From Ignavibacteriaceae bacterium (GTDB taxonomy: Bacteria; Bacteroidota; Ignavibacteria; Ignavibacteriales; Ignavibacteriaceae), in contig JABDPB010000012.1 of the NCBI GenBank assembly GCA_013042995.1, forward strand, positions 25,093-89,092: 64,000 bases of DNA, written 5' to 3'. Made by a program: the position numbers and the translations under genes. Of the stretch, positions 26,660 through 36,918 are shown one piece after another. Position 1 is the stretch's first letter. Each line of letters opens with the position of its first letter. Below the pieces are notes generated by a model. It did no database searches. It had not been told where the DNA came from and saw nothing but the letters and a program-made list of their open reading frames with translations.

Positions 26660-27964
26660 ATGAAAACAATTCTGAAAAATGTAAACGTAATTAATCCTGC
26701 AGAAAAAGTAAACTTGCGGGGAACTAACATTATTTTGAATAACGGTTTAATTGAAAAAATTGGAGAGCTAAAATTTGAAGATACTTCAAATGCAGAAGAA
26801 TTTGATTTTTCAGGCTGCTACGTTGCTCCCGGTTTTTTCGATATGCATGTTCATTTGCGCGAACCCGGCAGAGAAGATGAAGAAACAGTTGTAACCGGAT
26901 GCAATAGTGCAGCTAGCGGGGGATTTACGGGAGTTGCTTGCATGCCCAATACTGAACCAACAATTGATAGTGCAGAGGTAGTTAATTTTATAAAAAAACA
27001 AGCCAAAGATCATTTAGTTGATGTACATTCAGTTGCAGCGGCGACAATTGGAAGAAAAGGCGATCAGCTCTCACCAATGGCTGAACTTGCAGAAGCGGGT
27101 GCAGTTGCTTTTTCGGATGATGGAGCTGCAATAAAAACAGCATCTATTTTGAAAAGAGTAATAGAATATTCTAGTATTTACAAACTACCTGTTATTGAGC
27201 ATTGTGAGGATGAATCGCTTTCAAATGGTGCGATGAATGAAGGATTGAATTCAACGTTTTTAGGATTACCCCCTCTACCATCTGTTTCAGAGGACTTAAT
27301 TGTTATTCGGGATATTCAGATGGCAGAATACGTTGGTGGCAAAGTACATATTGCCCACATAAGTACTAAAAATGCTGTTGCACTTGTTCGCGAAGCGAAG
27401 AAAAAAGGAATACAAGTTACTGCTGAGGTTACTCCGCATCATTTTACTCTGACGGATGACGCAGTTAAATCGTATGATACAAATGCAAAGATGAGTCCGC
27501 CGTTAAGAACACATGAGGATGTTGATGCAATAATTGAGGGTTTGGCTGATGGAACGATTGATTGCATTGCAAGTGATCATGCACCCCATTCACCTGAAGA
27601 AAAAGAAGCAGAATTTCAATTTGCTCCAAACGGAATTGTAGGGCTAGAAACAGCAGTTGGATTAAGCGTCTCTGAACTTGTTCATAAAAAGAAATTGACT
27701 GTTGAGGACTTAATCTTTAAACTATCTATTAATCCGAGAAAAATTTTAAGCCTACCATTACCTGAATTTAAAGTGGGTGAAGAAGCTAACTTCACGATTT
27801 TTGACATAAATAAAATCTGGACTGTAGATATTACTAAGTTTAAAAGTAAATCAAAAAACTCTCCTTTTGATCGAAGACTTCTCACTGGAAACTCAGTAGC
27901 AGTTATAAACAAGGGTAAAATGTTCAACAATAATAAATGGATCAGTCTTTTAAATACTGATTAA
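26660..27964 (+). CDS. pyrC: Dihydroorotase
   Basis: FDMHVHLREPG, SDHAPHS, 434 aa, positioned directly after pyrB. Confidence 0.9.
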   Translation: MKTILKNVNVINPAEKVNLRGTNIILNNGLIEKIGELKFEDTSNAEEFDFSGCYVAPGFFDMHVHLREPGREDEETVVTGCNSAASGGFTGVACMPNTEPTIDSAEVVNFIKKQAKDHLVDVHSVAAATIGRKGDQLSPMAELAEAGAVAFSDDGAAIKTASILKRVIEYSSIYKLPVIEHCEDESLSNGAMNEGLNSTFLGLPPLPSVSEDLIVIRDIQMAEYVGGKVHIAHISTKNAVALVREAKKKGIQVTAEVTPHHFTLTDDAVKSYDTNAKMSPPLRTHEDVDAIIEGLADGTIDCIASDHAPHSPEEKEAEFQFAPNGIVGLETAVGLSVSELVHKKKLTVEDLIFKLSINPRKILSLPLPEFKVGEEANFTIFDINKIWTVDITKFKSKSKNSPFDRRLLTGNSVAVINKGKMFNNNKWISLLNTD

Positions 27965-28104
27965 AAAACAATAAACCAGTTGTACATTAAACTGTACGCT
28001 CCTTTATATTTTCCTTTGATTTCGATTTAATTTCGAAATATTTCTTGTGGCACTTGCTTTGGAGCCTCTAAAACGAACTTAATTAAATTTTAGAGGAACC
28101 AACG

Positions 28105-28914
28105 ATGAAAAAGCTTATTAAAATAGCAGTTGCTGCAACACTTCTATTACTTATTCAGAACTGCGATGTGCACGAATCTTACTTTTATGAAGTAGACGTT
28201 ACCCCACCACTGCCACCGACAAGTATAAACGTTCTAAACGGTGATAACAGGGTCGATCTCTACTGGAATGAAAATAAAGAACCAGATTTAGCAGGTTATA
28301 ATATTTTTTACAGCGATTCCTATGATGGTAAATACTATTTGATTGGCTCATCTGATTATGCAGAATTTATAGATTATGATGCAGTTAATGGTGAAACTTA
28401 TTACTATGCAGTTACTGCTTACGATTTCAATGGTAACGAAAGTGATTTAAGCCGGGATGTAATCTATTCAACACCAAGACCCGAAGGTTATAATCAAGCT
28501 GTATTTGACTACAGGAATTTCCCTAACAATTCAGGCTATGCCTTTTCAATCTATTCAGTTGTTGCATTCGATAGTATTGATGTAGATTTCTTCTTCGAAA
28601 ATTACCAAGGCGATTTCTATCTGAATGTATATGATGATACAGATATTCAAGATATGGGGCCAACCAATGACATTTACGATATTCCTTTTGCACCCGCTTC
28701 CGGGTGGTCTCCTACAAAAGATGCATTGGCTTTTGAAGGAAACACCTATGTGTTTTGGACATGGGATAACCATTTTGCTAAAATAAGAATATCGTCTATT
28801 ACAAACGAAAGAATGGTATTCGATTGGGCTTATCAGCTTGTTGAAGGTGAACCAATGTTGAAACGTGGAAATACAACTGTAAGAAAACCGCTTTCAAAAA
28901 ATTGGAACAGGTAA
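28105..28914 (+). CDS. Lipoprotein with a fibronectin type III-like domain (hypothetical)
   Basis: Lipobox IQNC; PPTSINVLNGDNRVDLYWNENKEPDLAGYNIFY...YYYAVTAYDFNGNES is typical FN3. Confidence 0.55.
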   Translation: MKKLIKIAVAATLLLLIQNCDVHESYFYEVDVTPPLPPTSINVLNGDNRVDLYWNENKEPDLAGYNIFYSDSYDGKYYLIGSSDYAEFIDYDAVNGETYYYAVTAYDFNGNESDLSRDVIYSTPRPEGYNQAVFDYRNFPNNSGYAFSIYSVVAFDSIDVDFFFENYQGDFYLNVYDDTDIQDMGPTNDIYDIPFAPASGWSPTKDALAFEGNTYVFWTWDNHFAKIRISSITNERMVFDWAYQLVEGEPMLKRGNTTVRKPLSKNWNR

Positions 28915-28980
28915 TAAAAATATATTTCTTAAAAGAGTTAATAGATTTATGCTTAAGATTTAATTAAATTAGAAACCGAA

Positions 28981-29436
28981 ATGTTTACAATCAGTATTAA
29001 ATCAGCAATAATTCTTTACTTTGTCCTTTTTATTCCGTTTGCTCTCTCGCAGGATATAAACTTTAATAATAATTTAAATTCTACCAATTCAGTTAGAGTT
29101 GAGATTATTGCGCTTAATCAAATTGAAGAAGGAATAAAAAAGAGTGAAATTAAAAAGCTAACAGACTACTTTGCTGCTCAGCCCTATATTAGCCTGCTAA
29201 GTGGTGTAAACGGCTATTATAGTTCAAATCAAGCATATTATATAATAGAAGAATTTTTTAAGAATTTCAGAGTTGTTTCATTTAATTTTGAAAATAAAAA
29301 ATTTGAAGAAAATGTTGTTTACGGGACAGGCGAATATTACTATGAACGAAAGGGAAAACGTGAGTCTGCGCTTTTATACATTACCCTTAACAAAACCGGC
29401 AATAAATGGGTTATATCTCAAATATCAATTAATTAA
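28981..29436 (+). CDS. Hypothetical exported protein (possibly DUF4783-like)
   Basis: Signal peptide, ~150 aa. Its stop overlaps the kinase start (TAATG). The family assignment is a weak recollection. Confidence 0.35.
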   Translation: MFTISIKSAIILYFVLFIPFALSQDINFNNNLNSTNSVRVEIIALNQIEEGIKKSEIKKLTDYFAAQPYISLLSGVNGYYSSNQAYYIIEEFFKNFRVVSFNFENKKFEENVVYGTGEYYYERKGKRESALLYITLNKTGNKWVISQISIN

Positions 29437-32400
29437 TGAAACTAAATATCTCTAAAATTTTTAAAGGCGATAGGAAATATTTTACTATCGTCTTTTTTGT
29501 TTTAATTGCACTTTTTGTTGCAGGTTTAATCACCCCCGTTATAGTTGAGAACAAAAACTCTAAATGGGAAGAGAATCTTAAGGCACAGATTGTACGAATA
29601 GAAAAAGAAGCCATTTTTTATTTTAGAAATAAAGAAACTGAATTAGTAAAAAACAAAAATAAGATAAAAGAAAAGCTTAGCAGCACTCTGTACGGAGAAG
29701 CATATAATTATGGCGAGCTCATTTCATTGATTAATACGGAAACACATGAAGATTATTCGTTGGAAGTTGTTGCCCCAAATGGAAAAATTATTGCATGGAA
29801 CAAAAATATTGCCATAAAACAAGAGGATATTTTTCCATTTGTCTATCCCATAGATGAAGCACATTTTTACAGCAAGGGTTTGTTCACTTACCTGACCACA
29901 ATTGATACCGTTAAAATTATTAATGACATATTCTATTTAATTGTAAGCAAGCCGATCGAAAAACACTATTCTTTGCAAAACCAATTTTATTCGGATTTAA
30001 GTTTAAAGGAAAAACTATCTAATAAATTCAGTACACGCTTTGAGATAATTTATAATCCATTTTCTCAACCATCAAAAGATGGAAGGATATATTCTTTTAG
30101 TTTACTTAACAGTAAGCAGAATAAAATTGGAATTGTTAGTTTTTTTAAGCCACTTTTAAATACCGAAACAGCTGGCATAAAAGATTTTTCGAATAAAATT
30201 CAGATTTTGCTTCTTCTAGCAGCACTATTATTTATTTCTTTAGGATTACGAAAAGAATTTTTAAGTATAAATTCACTGTTATTGAGATTATTTGCATTTA
30301 TCATTTACCTGGCAATATTAAGACTAGTTCTTTTCTGGACCGGATTCCCTTCCAGATTTCTTGAAGGAGCACTTGTTGATCCTTCCTTTTTTTCTTCTAC
30401 TTTTGCCTGGGGATTGGTAAAAACACCCATCGAAGCATTTATTACAAATCTTTTTCTGATTGTTATTGGAGTAACACTTTACAGGTATGTACTTAAATAT
30501 TTTTTTGAATTGTCACAAAATAGGTTTCGGTTACTCAAATTAATTATAGCTCCATTTCTAGCACTCATATTGTTTTATACTTTAAGGGGATTAAGTGCAT
30601 CAATAAAAAGTATAATTTTCGATTCTACAATTAGATACTTTAAAGAACCAGATTTAATTCCAAATTTCCCTTCACTTTTAATGAATTTGAATATCCTTCT
30701 TATTGGATTATCGTGTATTGTTTTAATGGTTGCACTTACATTGTTAGTTGGAAAATTTCTCGCATTGCTGAATTCGAATACGAAGTTTAGTCACTTTCTG
30801 CTGTATTTTATTTTAATTCAAATTGCTTGCTTTGTTTTTTTTAATTTTCAAAATGAACCTCTTATAACTCCGTTTATGTGTTTCATTTTCATATCGCTCA
30901 TATTTCTTCTCATTTTTTTTCAATTGTACAAAAAATCTACTTTTTCAGTAAGCGTAATGTATTCATCTCTTGTTGCAGCAGTTATAACAATTAGTATGCT
31001 TAATTATTTCAATCTCGAACTAGAACAAAGATCATTAAAGACAATAGCAAACGAAGTAAACCGATCGAATAAAGACCTATTGAATTTTCTAGTTGATGAA
31101 ACTTTGCGAAATTCTATCAACAACAAAAGATTAGTTGGATCCTTCTATAAACTTAACTCCAACTACGATGCTGAGGCATTTATAACGTGGAGCAGCAGCG
31201 CGTTACAGCGTGAGTCATTAAATTCAAAGGTAATTCTGTTAGATAGAAATTTTAAAACGATAGGTGAGTTTTCTGTTGGGTACGATTATCAATTGGACTT
31301 TAGAGTGATATTTAAAGATAAAATTTCTTCTGAGCAAACGGTTGAATTATTTGAGCAAAAAACGGCAGTTGGCAGCGGATTTGTTGGAATTGTTCCAGTT
31401 GCAAAAAATAATGTTGTCACAGGGTATATCGGAGTTGCTGCTGAATTTAATATTGAAAATCTTGGTGCCGCCAGATTTCCTGATTTTCTTGAGTCGAATA
31501 AAGTTGCACTTGGATCTGTTATTGATTTAAATCTCGTAAAGGTTTTTGAATTTTCAAACGGCAGAGTTTCAAGAGTGCATGGTAATTTATTTCCGTCGAA
31601 GGAGCAAAAAGACCAAATTTTTACTGCTCCCTTAACAGATCTAAATGATGGGTGGATTTCACTTTCAATTTATGGTGAGGGATATCTTACTTATCTGTTA
31701 AAAACTTCAGACAATAATGCTGCAAAATACACTGTTGTTTCAATTAAAGAAAAAGAAATTGCGTGGAGCTTATTTAACTTCTTTAAAATTTTTATAATTC
31801 ACTCACTCTATATTTTACTTGCAACATTTGCCCTTATTTTATTCAGACTAATAAAAATTCAATACACATTTAAAACAAAATTGTTAGTAGCATTTCTTGT
31901 AATATCAATTATTCCTTTAGTTGCACTTGCGGTTTACAACAGGGAGGTTGTACGTGAAAGATCTGCAGAAGCAACTTTTAACGAACTCAGCAAGCGCTTG
32001 GATTATTTGGAAAACCACGTCAGAGCGCAGATTTATAAACATCCGGAAAGAAATCTATTGGTTGCTTTTGATAATGCTGGAAAAGAACTAGGTATTGCCT
32101 TTTCAGTTTACGAGAACTCAAATCAAATCTATAGTTCTAAAGCAGAATTTTACAACAGCGGCTTGATGGAACAAAAACTAAATCCGGATGCTCATTTCAA
32201 TTTAAATTATTTAAGTTATCGAGATTTTCTTCTTAAAGAAAAAATTAACAAATATGATTACGATGCCTACTATAGAAAAATTGATTTTGAAGGCACTGCT
32301 TTAATTGTTGGGGTAAACGATGCATTGAATAATATTGAGTTGAGTTATTCACCGCTGGAAGCCGACATATTTTTATTTGGAATTTATGCATTTGCATTAA

Positions 32401-33263
32401 TTGTAATAATTTTTGTAAGCACCTTTTTTGCAAATCAAATATCATCGCCTATAAGAAGATTAACTAAGGCAACTGAAGCTGTTGCACAAGGTGATTTAAG
32501 TGTGAACATTGAAAACAAAGAAAGAGGCGAGATAAAGGATTTATTCGACGGTTTCAACCAGATGACGGCTGAACTTCAGAAAAATCAAGTTGAAATTGCT
32601 GAACTTGAAAGAGAAAATGCCTGGAAGGAAATGGCAAAGCAGGTGGCACATGAAATCAAAAATCCTCTAACTCCAATGAAGCTTTCAATGCAGCAATTAA
32701 TTGCTGCATTCAACGATAAAAAAGAAAATTTCGGAGATACGTTAAAAAAACTTTCACAAGCTGTTTTAAATCAGATAGAAAATTTAAACCTAATTGCATC
32801 CGAGTTCTCGTCACTTGCAAAAATGCCTAGCCTGAATATTGAAAAGTTTAATTTAAATCCTATTGTTGCAGATACAGTAAATTTGTTTTCGGATGAAAAA
32901 GTAGAAATAAAACTTATTGCTCCAAAAGAATCTGTTTATATTGAAGCTGATAAATCACAGATACGCAGAATGATAATTAATTTGATTAGAAATTCAATTC
33001 AGGCAAACGCATCACTTGTTATAATTGAAATTGAAAAACAAAATGTAAATGCTGTCCTAAATTTTGAAGACAATGGGACAGGTATACCTGAAAAGTTTCA
33101 GAAAAAAATATTCGATGCAAATTTTACTACAAAAGAGAAGGGGCTGGGGCTAGGTCTGAAGTTAATAAAGAGATTTTTAGAGAATATAAACGGTGAGATA
33201 TTTTTAGTTGAATCAACAAAAAGTAATACTACATTTAGGATAGTTATTCCGATTAACGATTAA
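29436..33263 (+). CDS. Large multi-TM sensor histidine kinase, NtrY-like (HAMP-HisKA-HATPase)
   Basis: 1275 aa with many TM helices. HAMP (ISSPIRRLTKATEAVAQGDL), H-box AWKEMAKQVAHEIKNPLTPM (NtrY-like), N/G boxes (RNSIQA, DNGTGIP, GLGLGL). Confidence 0.85.
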   Translation: MKLNISKIFKGDRKYFTIVFFVLIALFVAGLITPVIVENKNSKWEENLKAQIVRIEKEAIFYFRNKETELVKNKNKIKEKLSSTLYGEAYNYGELISLINTETHEDYSLEVVAPNGKIIAWNKNIAIKQEDIFPFVYPIDEAHFYSKGLFTYLTTIDTVKIINDIFYLIVSKPIEKHYSLQNQFYSDLSLKEKLSNKFSTRFEIIYNPFSQPSKDGRIYSFSLLNSKQNKIGIVSFFKPLLNTETAGIKDFSNKIQILLLLAALLFISLGLRKEFLSINSLLLRLFAFIIYLAILRLVLFWTGFPSRFLEGALVDPSFFSSTFAWGLVKTPIEAFITNLFLIVIGVTLYRYVLKYFFELSQNRFRLLKLIIAPFLALILFYTLRGLSASIKSIIFDSTIRYFKEPDLIPNFPSLLMNLNILLIGLSCIVLMVALTLLVGKFLALLNSNTKFSHFLLYFILIQIACFVFFNFQNEPLITPFMCFIFISLIFLLIFFQLYKKSTFSVSVMYSSLVAAVITISMLNYFNLELEQRSLKTIANEVNRSNKDLLNFLVDETLRNSINNKRLVGSFYKLNSNYDAEAFITWSSSALQRESLNSKVILLDRNFKTIGEFSVGYDYQLDFRVIFKDKISSEQTVELFEQKTAVGSGFVGIVPVAKNNVVTGYIGVAAEFNIENLGAARFPDFLESNKVALGSVIDLNLVKVFEFSNGRVSRVHGNLFPSKEQKDQIFTAPLTDLNDGWISLSIYGEGYLTYLLKTSDNNAAKYTVVSIKEKEIAWSLFNFFKIFIIHSLYILLATFALILFRLIKIQYTFKTKLLVAFLVISIIPLVALAVYNREVVRERSAEATFNELSKRLDYLENHVRAQIYKHPERNLLVAFDNAGKELGIAFSVYENSNQIYSSKAEFYNSGLMEQKLNPDAHFNLNYLSYRDFLLKEKINKYDYDAYYRKIDFEGTALIVGVNDALNNIELSYSPLEADIFLFGIYAFALIVIIFVSTFFANQISSPIRRLTKATEAVAQGDLSVNIENKERGEIKDLFDGFNQMTAELQKNQVEIAELERENAWKEMAKQVAHEIKNPLTPMKLSMQQLIAAFNDKKENFGDTLKKLSQAVLNQIENLNLIASEFSSLAKMPSLNIEKFNLNPIVADTVNLFSDEKVEIKLIAPKESVYIEADKSQIRRMIINLIRNSIQANASLVIIEIEKQNVNAVLNFEDNGTGIPEKFQKKIFDANFTTKEKGLGLGLKLIKRFLENINGEIFLVESTKSNTTFRIVIPIND

Positions 33264-33273
33264 ATATTAGACG

Positions 33274-36200
33274 ATGTACGAACTAACACCTCATCAAACT
33301 AATGCACTAAACACTAATAAATCTATTTCACTTACTGCAAATGCCGGATCCGGAAAAACATTTGTATTAGCGAGTAGACTTTTAAAAGTAATTCTCGAAA
33401 CAAACACCTCAATTCACGAAATTGCGGCTATTACATTTACCGAAAAAGCAGCAGGTGAGCTTAACAGCAGAATTGCGGATGAGCTAACTAAATTAAGCAG
33501 ACAATCGTATTCACCTGACATTCAAAAAAAGATTGAAAAGGTTCGCAAGCAGCTTGTTTCGGCAAACATTTCCACTATACATTCTTTCTGTATTAATCTA
33601 TTAAAAGAATTTCCTGTTGAAGCTTCTTTAGATGCCAACTTTATTCCTGTTGATCAACGAACTTCTGATGATTTGATAGAGTTAAGCACTGAAAAAACAA
33701 TTCGCAGTAAACTATCCAATGCACATGCTAGCACAGAAGTAAAGATTTTAATAAGACTTCTAGGTTCTAAAAAAGCTTTAGCAAGGGAGATTGAATTACT
33801 GGTAAGAAACAGGAAAAATTTATCTCATTTTAGAAAAATCTATACTGAAAAATCGCTGAAAGAAATTGCGGAAATATCATCAAATAATTTTATAAAAGGC
33901 TTAAAAAAAATACTTTCAATTGAACTGCCAGAAATGCTAAAACATTTAACCAAAATTAATGAAGCGGTTTTATTAAATAACAGTAAAAATGAGACGGCAG
34001 TAAACATTCGTAAATTAACAGAAAAAGCAGAAGAAATCGGCTATAAAGAGATTGTATTGCGGTATTTAGCTACAATTAGCGATGAAACCTTAACAAAAAG
34101 CGGCACTATAAAATCAAGAGGATATCTAACCTCAAATTTGCGGGTAGATTTAATCAATTCAATCAACTTTGTGGAACGGAACTTTAAAGAATTGAATGCA
34201 TTATTCTCTGTTGAAAAGAGGGAAGATATTGAAGAAGAGCTTGCATGCTATTCAAGGAGTATGTTGAACATTACGGTGGAGGTAATTAATGAATACGAAA
34301 ATAAAAAAACTCAGTTGGGTTATTTAGATTTTGAGGATATCCTTCTTAAAACAAAAGAAATATTAAGTAGAAAAGATGTGAGGAAAGCTATAAATAAAAA
34401 ATATAAATATTTATTTGTAGATGAGTACCAGGACACAAATGAGATTCAATATGAAATATTTTTACCTATTGTTAATTATTTAAAGACTGGTAATCTATTT
34501 ATTGTAGGTGATGAAAAGCAAAGTATTTACCGTTTTAGAGATGCCGAACTCGAAGTTTTCGGGAAAACCAAAACGGATATAAAAAATGCAAATAATGAAA
34601 ATCTGGTTCTCACATTACCCGACAGCTTTAGAATGGCTCCAGCGATTTGCTTATTTACTAATCATATTTTTAGTAAACTATTTAATTATCCAATAAGTAT
34701 TTATAATGAGGTAGAACACTCGGATATTGTCTGTGCAAGAAATGATTCATTTATGGGCAAAGTTGAATTTCTTATTGCTCAAGCAGATCATAATTTAGCG
34801 GAAGCAGAATTAATCGCTCAAAGAATTTTAAAACTGAGTAATGAATTTATAAATGAATTACCGGATTGGAGTAGCATAGCTGTTCTTGTACAAAAGCGAT
34901 CTGCCTTTAGCGAACTGGAAAAGCTTTTCATTAAATATAACATTCCTTTCTCAGTAATTGGTGGAACTGGTTTTTATCAGCAACAAAGTATAAGCGATAT
35001 TTACAATTATTTTGCTTTTATTTTTAACAATAGTGATGATGCGGCATTAATAGGAACATTAAGATCTCCATTTTTTACTGTTCCGGACGTAAAAATATTT
35101 CAACTTTCAACTTTTACCGGTGATAGCTATTGGGAAAAGTTATCTAAAGCAGGTATTTCAGATGATTATTGGAAACCGATTTTATTAGTACTGATTGAAA
35201 ATCTAAAGCTTGCAAAAAGAATCGGTATTCCATCTCTGTTGCAAAAAATATTAAATGAGTCAGATTTTATTTCAACTATCGCAGCACGGAACAACGGCGA
35301 GCAAGAAATAAATAATATAAATAAACTCATATCAATTACTATAAAGTTTTTCAATCTTGAGTTTAATTCGATTTATGATTATTTGAATTTTATGAAAAAC
35401 TCTATAATAAATTTTGTTGAAGAGGCGCAGGCGGGAATAGAAGATAATAATAATGGTGTAAATGTTATGACAATTCATCAGGCAAAAGGCTTGCAATTTC
35501 CTTCAGTATTCCTTTACAAATGTGATGATACAATTCAATCGGGTGACGTTAAAGCAAGATCCTTTAAAATTGATAAAACTTTTGGACTTCTAACAAAAAT
35601 ACCGAAAAATGAGAATTACTTTGGAGAATATTACTCTGCTCCGATTGTCGAACTCTACAATTATTTCGAAAATAAAAAATCAATTGCTGAACTGAAAAGA
35701 CTTTTGTATGTGGGAATAACCAGAGCTAAAAATTTCCTTTTCATCTCGATGAAAGAAAATTCGAATCCTGCCCGGCCATTAAATTCATTTTCTTCTTTAA
35801 TTTATGAAGGGCTAAACATTGATCATGGGGGTAAGAATTTTTCGATCAAAGGGGATTTGAATTTTTTGGAGAAAGCAAACAGTACGTATAAAACGGTAAG
35901 TCGTAACCTTGAAATTGAGATTCCAATAATAAGACAAGCAGAACAACCATCGCTCCTGCCAATATCGTATAAGCAGGTGAAGCATGGACTAAAGATTTCT
36001 ACAGATAAAATAAGCGATAAATCGAAAGAAGATATTATTTCAGCGACTAAGTTTTCCATATTTACCAACTGCCCACGTAAATACAATTTAACTTATAATT
36101 TTAATCTAAACAGTATGATTCAAGATTATGTTGGATGGCTCAAATTATCTAAAATAAGAAATGATTATGAATTTAATTTATACGAACAGCGAAAAATTAG

Positions 36201-36918
36201 TAGTGAGGAAACATTTACAAAAACTTTAACCAATCCTGATTTGAAAGGGAGAATTATTCATAAAATATTGCAAAAAAATATTGCTGCAAATGAAGTTGAA
36301 TTAGAAGTAAATAGATTCTTCAAAAATAAAAACGCAACTAACAGTAAATTAAAAAACATTGATGATCAAATAAAGAAAGAAATTATCAGCAGTATTAGAA
36401 AGTTTATTCTCTCCAATGAATATAAGCACATCAATTCCTTTAAAAACTATAAAAATGAGCTTGAGGTTTACTATAAATTATCAGACTACTATCTTATGGG
36501 TATAATTGATAAAGCAATCTTTACTCAGGATAAAATTATTGTAGTTGACTACAAAACAGATAATATAATAGACTCGGAAATATCAGAAAGAGCAGAGAAA
36601 TATATTCCTCAGTTAAATTTTTATTCATTCATTTTAAAGAGATTATACCCCAGATTTCAAATAATTGAAACGAAAATAATTTTTATAAAATATCCTGATA
36701 TGCCATTTGTAAAAAACTTTACAAAAAACATTGAAATTGAGACAGAAAAAAGGCTTGGAGAGATGATAAATTCAATCAGAAACAATATTTATTCAGTAAA
36801 TTTAGAACATTGTTCAGAATGTATTTTTACAATAAAAAATAATGATTGTGTTTTAGACAGCGAACACAAATACGTTGCGTCTGGCATACAATCTAAAAAC
36901 GATGGAAAAAAAAACTAA
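33274..36918 (+). CDS. UvrD/Rep-type helicase fused to a PD-(D/E)xK nuclease (AddA/RecB-like) with a 4-Cys pattern
   Basis: Walker A ANAGSGKT, FVDEYQDTN, VGDEKQSIYRFR, TIHQAKGLQFPSV, LLYVGITRAK. C-terminal nuclease GIIDK...VVDYKTD...QLNFY. Cys in NCPRKY plus C-x2-C-x8-C at the C-terminus. Confidence 0.85.
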   Translation: MYELTPHQTNALNTNKSISLTANAGSGKTFVLASRLLKVILETNTSIHEIAAITFTEKAAGELNSRIADELTKLSRQSYSPDIQKKIEKVRKQLVSANISTIHSFCINLLKEFPVEASLDANFIPVDQRTSDDLIELSTEKTIRSKLSNAHASTEVKILIRLLGSKKALAREIELLVRNRKNLSHFRKIYTEKSLKEIAEISSNNFIKGLKKILSIELPEMLKHLTKINEAVLLNNSKNETAVNIRKLTEKAEEIGYKEIVLRYLATISDETLTKSGTIKSRGYLTSNLRVDLINSINFVERNFKELNALFSVEKREDIEEELACYSRSMLNITVEVINEYENKKTQLGYLDFEDILLKTKEILSRKDVRKAINKKYKYLFVDEYQDTNEIQYEIFLPIVNYLKTGNLFIVGDEKQSIYRFRDAELEVFGKTKTDIKNANNENLVLTLPDSFRMAPAICLFTNHIFSKLFNYPISIYNEVEHSDIVCARNDSFMGKVEFLIAQADHNLAEAELIAQRILKLSNEFINELPDWSSIAVLVQKRSAFSELEKLFIKYNIPFSVIGGTGFYQQQSISDIYNYFAFIFNNSDDAALIGTLRSPFFTVPDVKIFQLSTFTGDSYWEKLSKAGISDDYWKPILLVLIENLKLAKRIGIPSLLQKILNESDFISTIAARNNGEQEINNINKLISITIKFFNLEFNSIYDYLNFMKNSIINFVEEAQAGIEDNNNGVNVMTIHQAKGLQFPSVFLYKCDDTIQSGDVKARSFKIDKTFGLLTKIPKNENYFGEYYSAPIVELYNYFENKKSIAELKRLLYVGITRAKNFLFISMKENSNPARPLNSFSSLIYEGLNIDHGGKNFSIKGDLNFLEKANSTYKTVSRNLEIEIPIIRQAEQPSLLPISYKQVKHGLKISTDKISDKSKEDIISATKFSIFTNCPRKYNLTYNFNLNSMIQDYVGWLKLSKIRNDYEFNLYEQRKISSEETFTKTLTNPDLKGRIIHKILQKNIAANEVELEVNRFFKNKNATNSKLKNIDDQIKKEIISSIRKFILSNEYKHINSFKNYKNELEVYYKLSDYYLMGIIDKAIFTQDKIIVVDYKTDNIIDSEISERAEKYIPQLNFYSFILKRLYPRFQIIETKIIFIKYPDMPFVKNFTKNIEIETEKRLGEMINSIRNNIYSVNLEHCSECIFTIKNNDCVLDSEHKYVASGIQSKNDGKKN

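Noticed and set aside
36875-36901. The TTG at 36875 as the start of the ORF downstream of the helicase.
   Set aside because: An ATG at 36902 gives a shorter overlap with the helicase gene. The extra 9 residues (MRLAYNLKT) are read from within the helicase coding region. Both starts remain possible.
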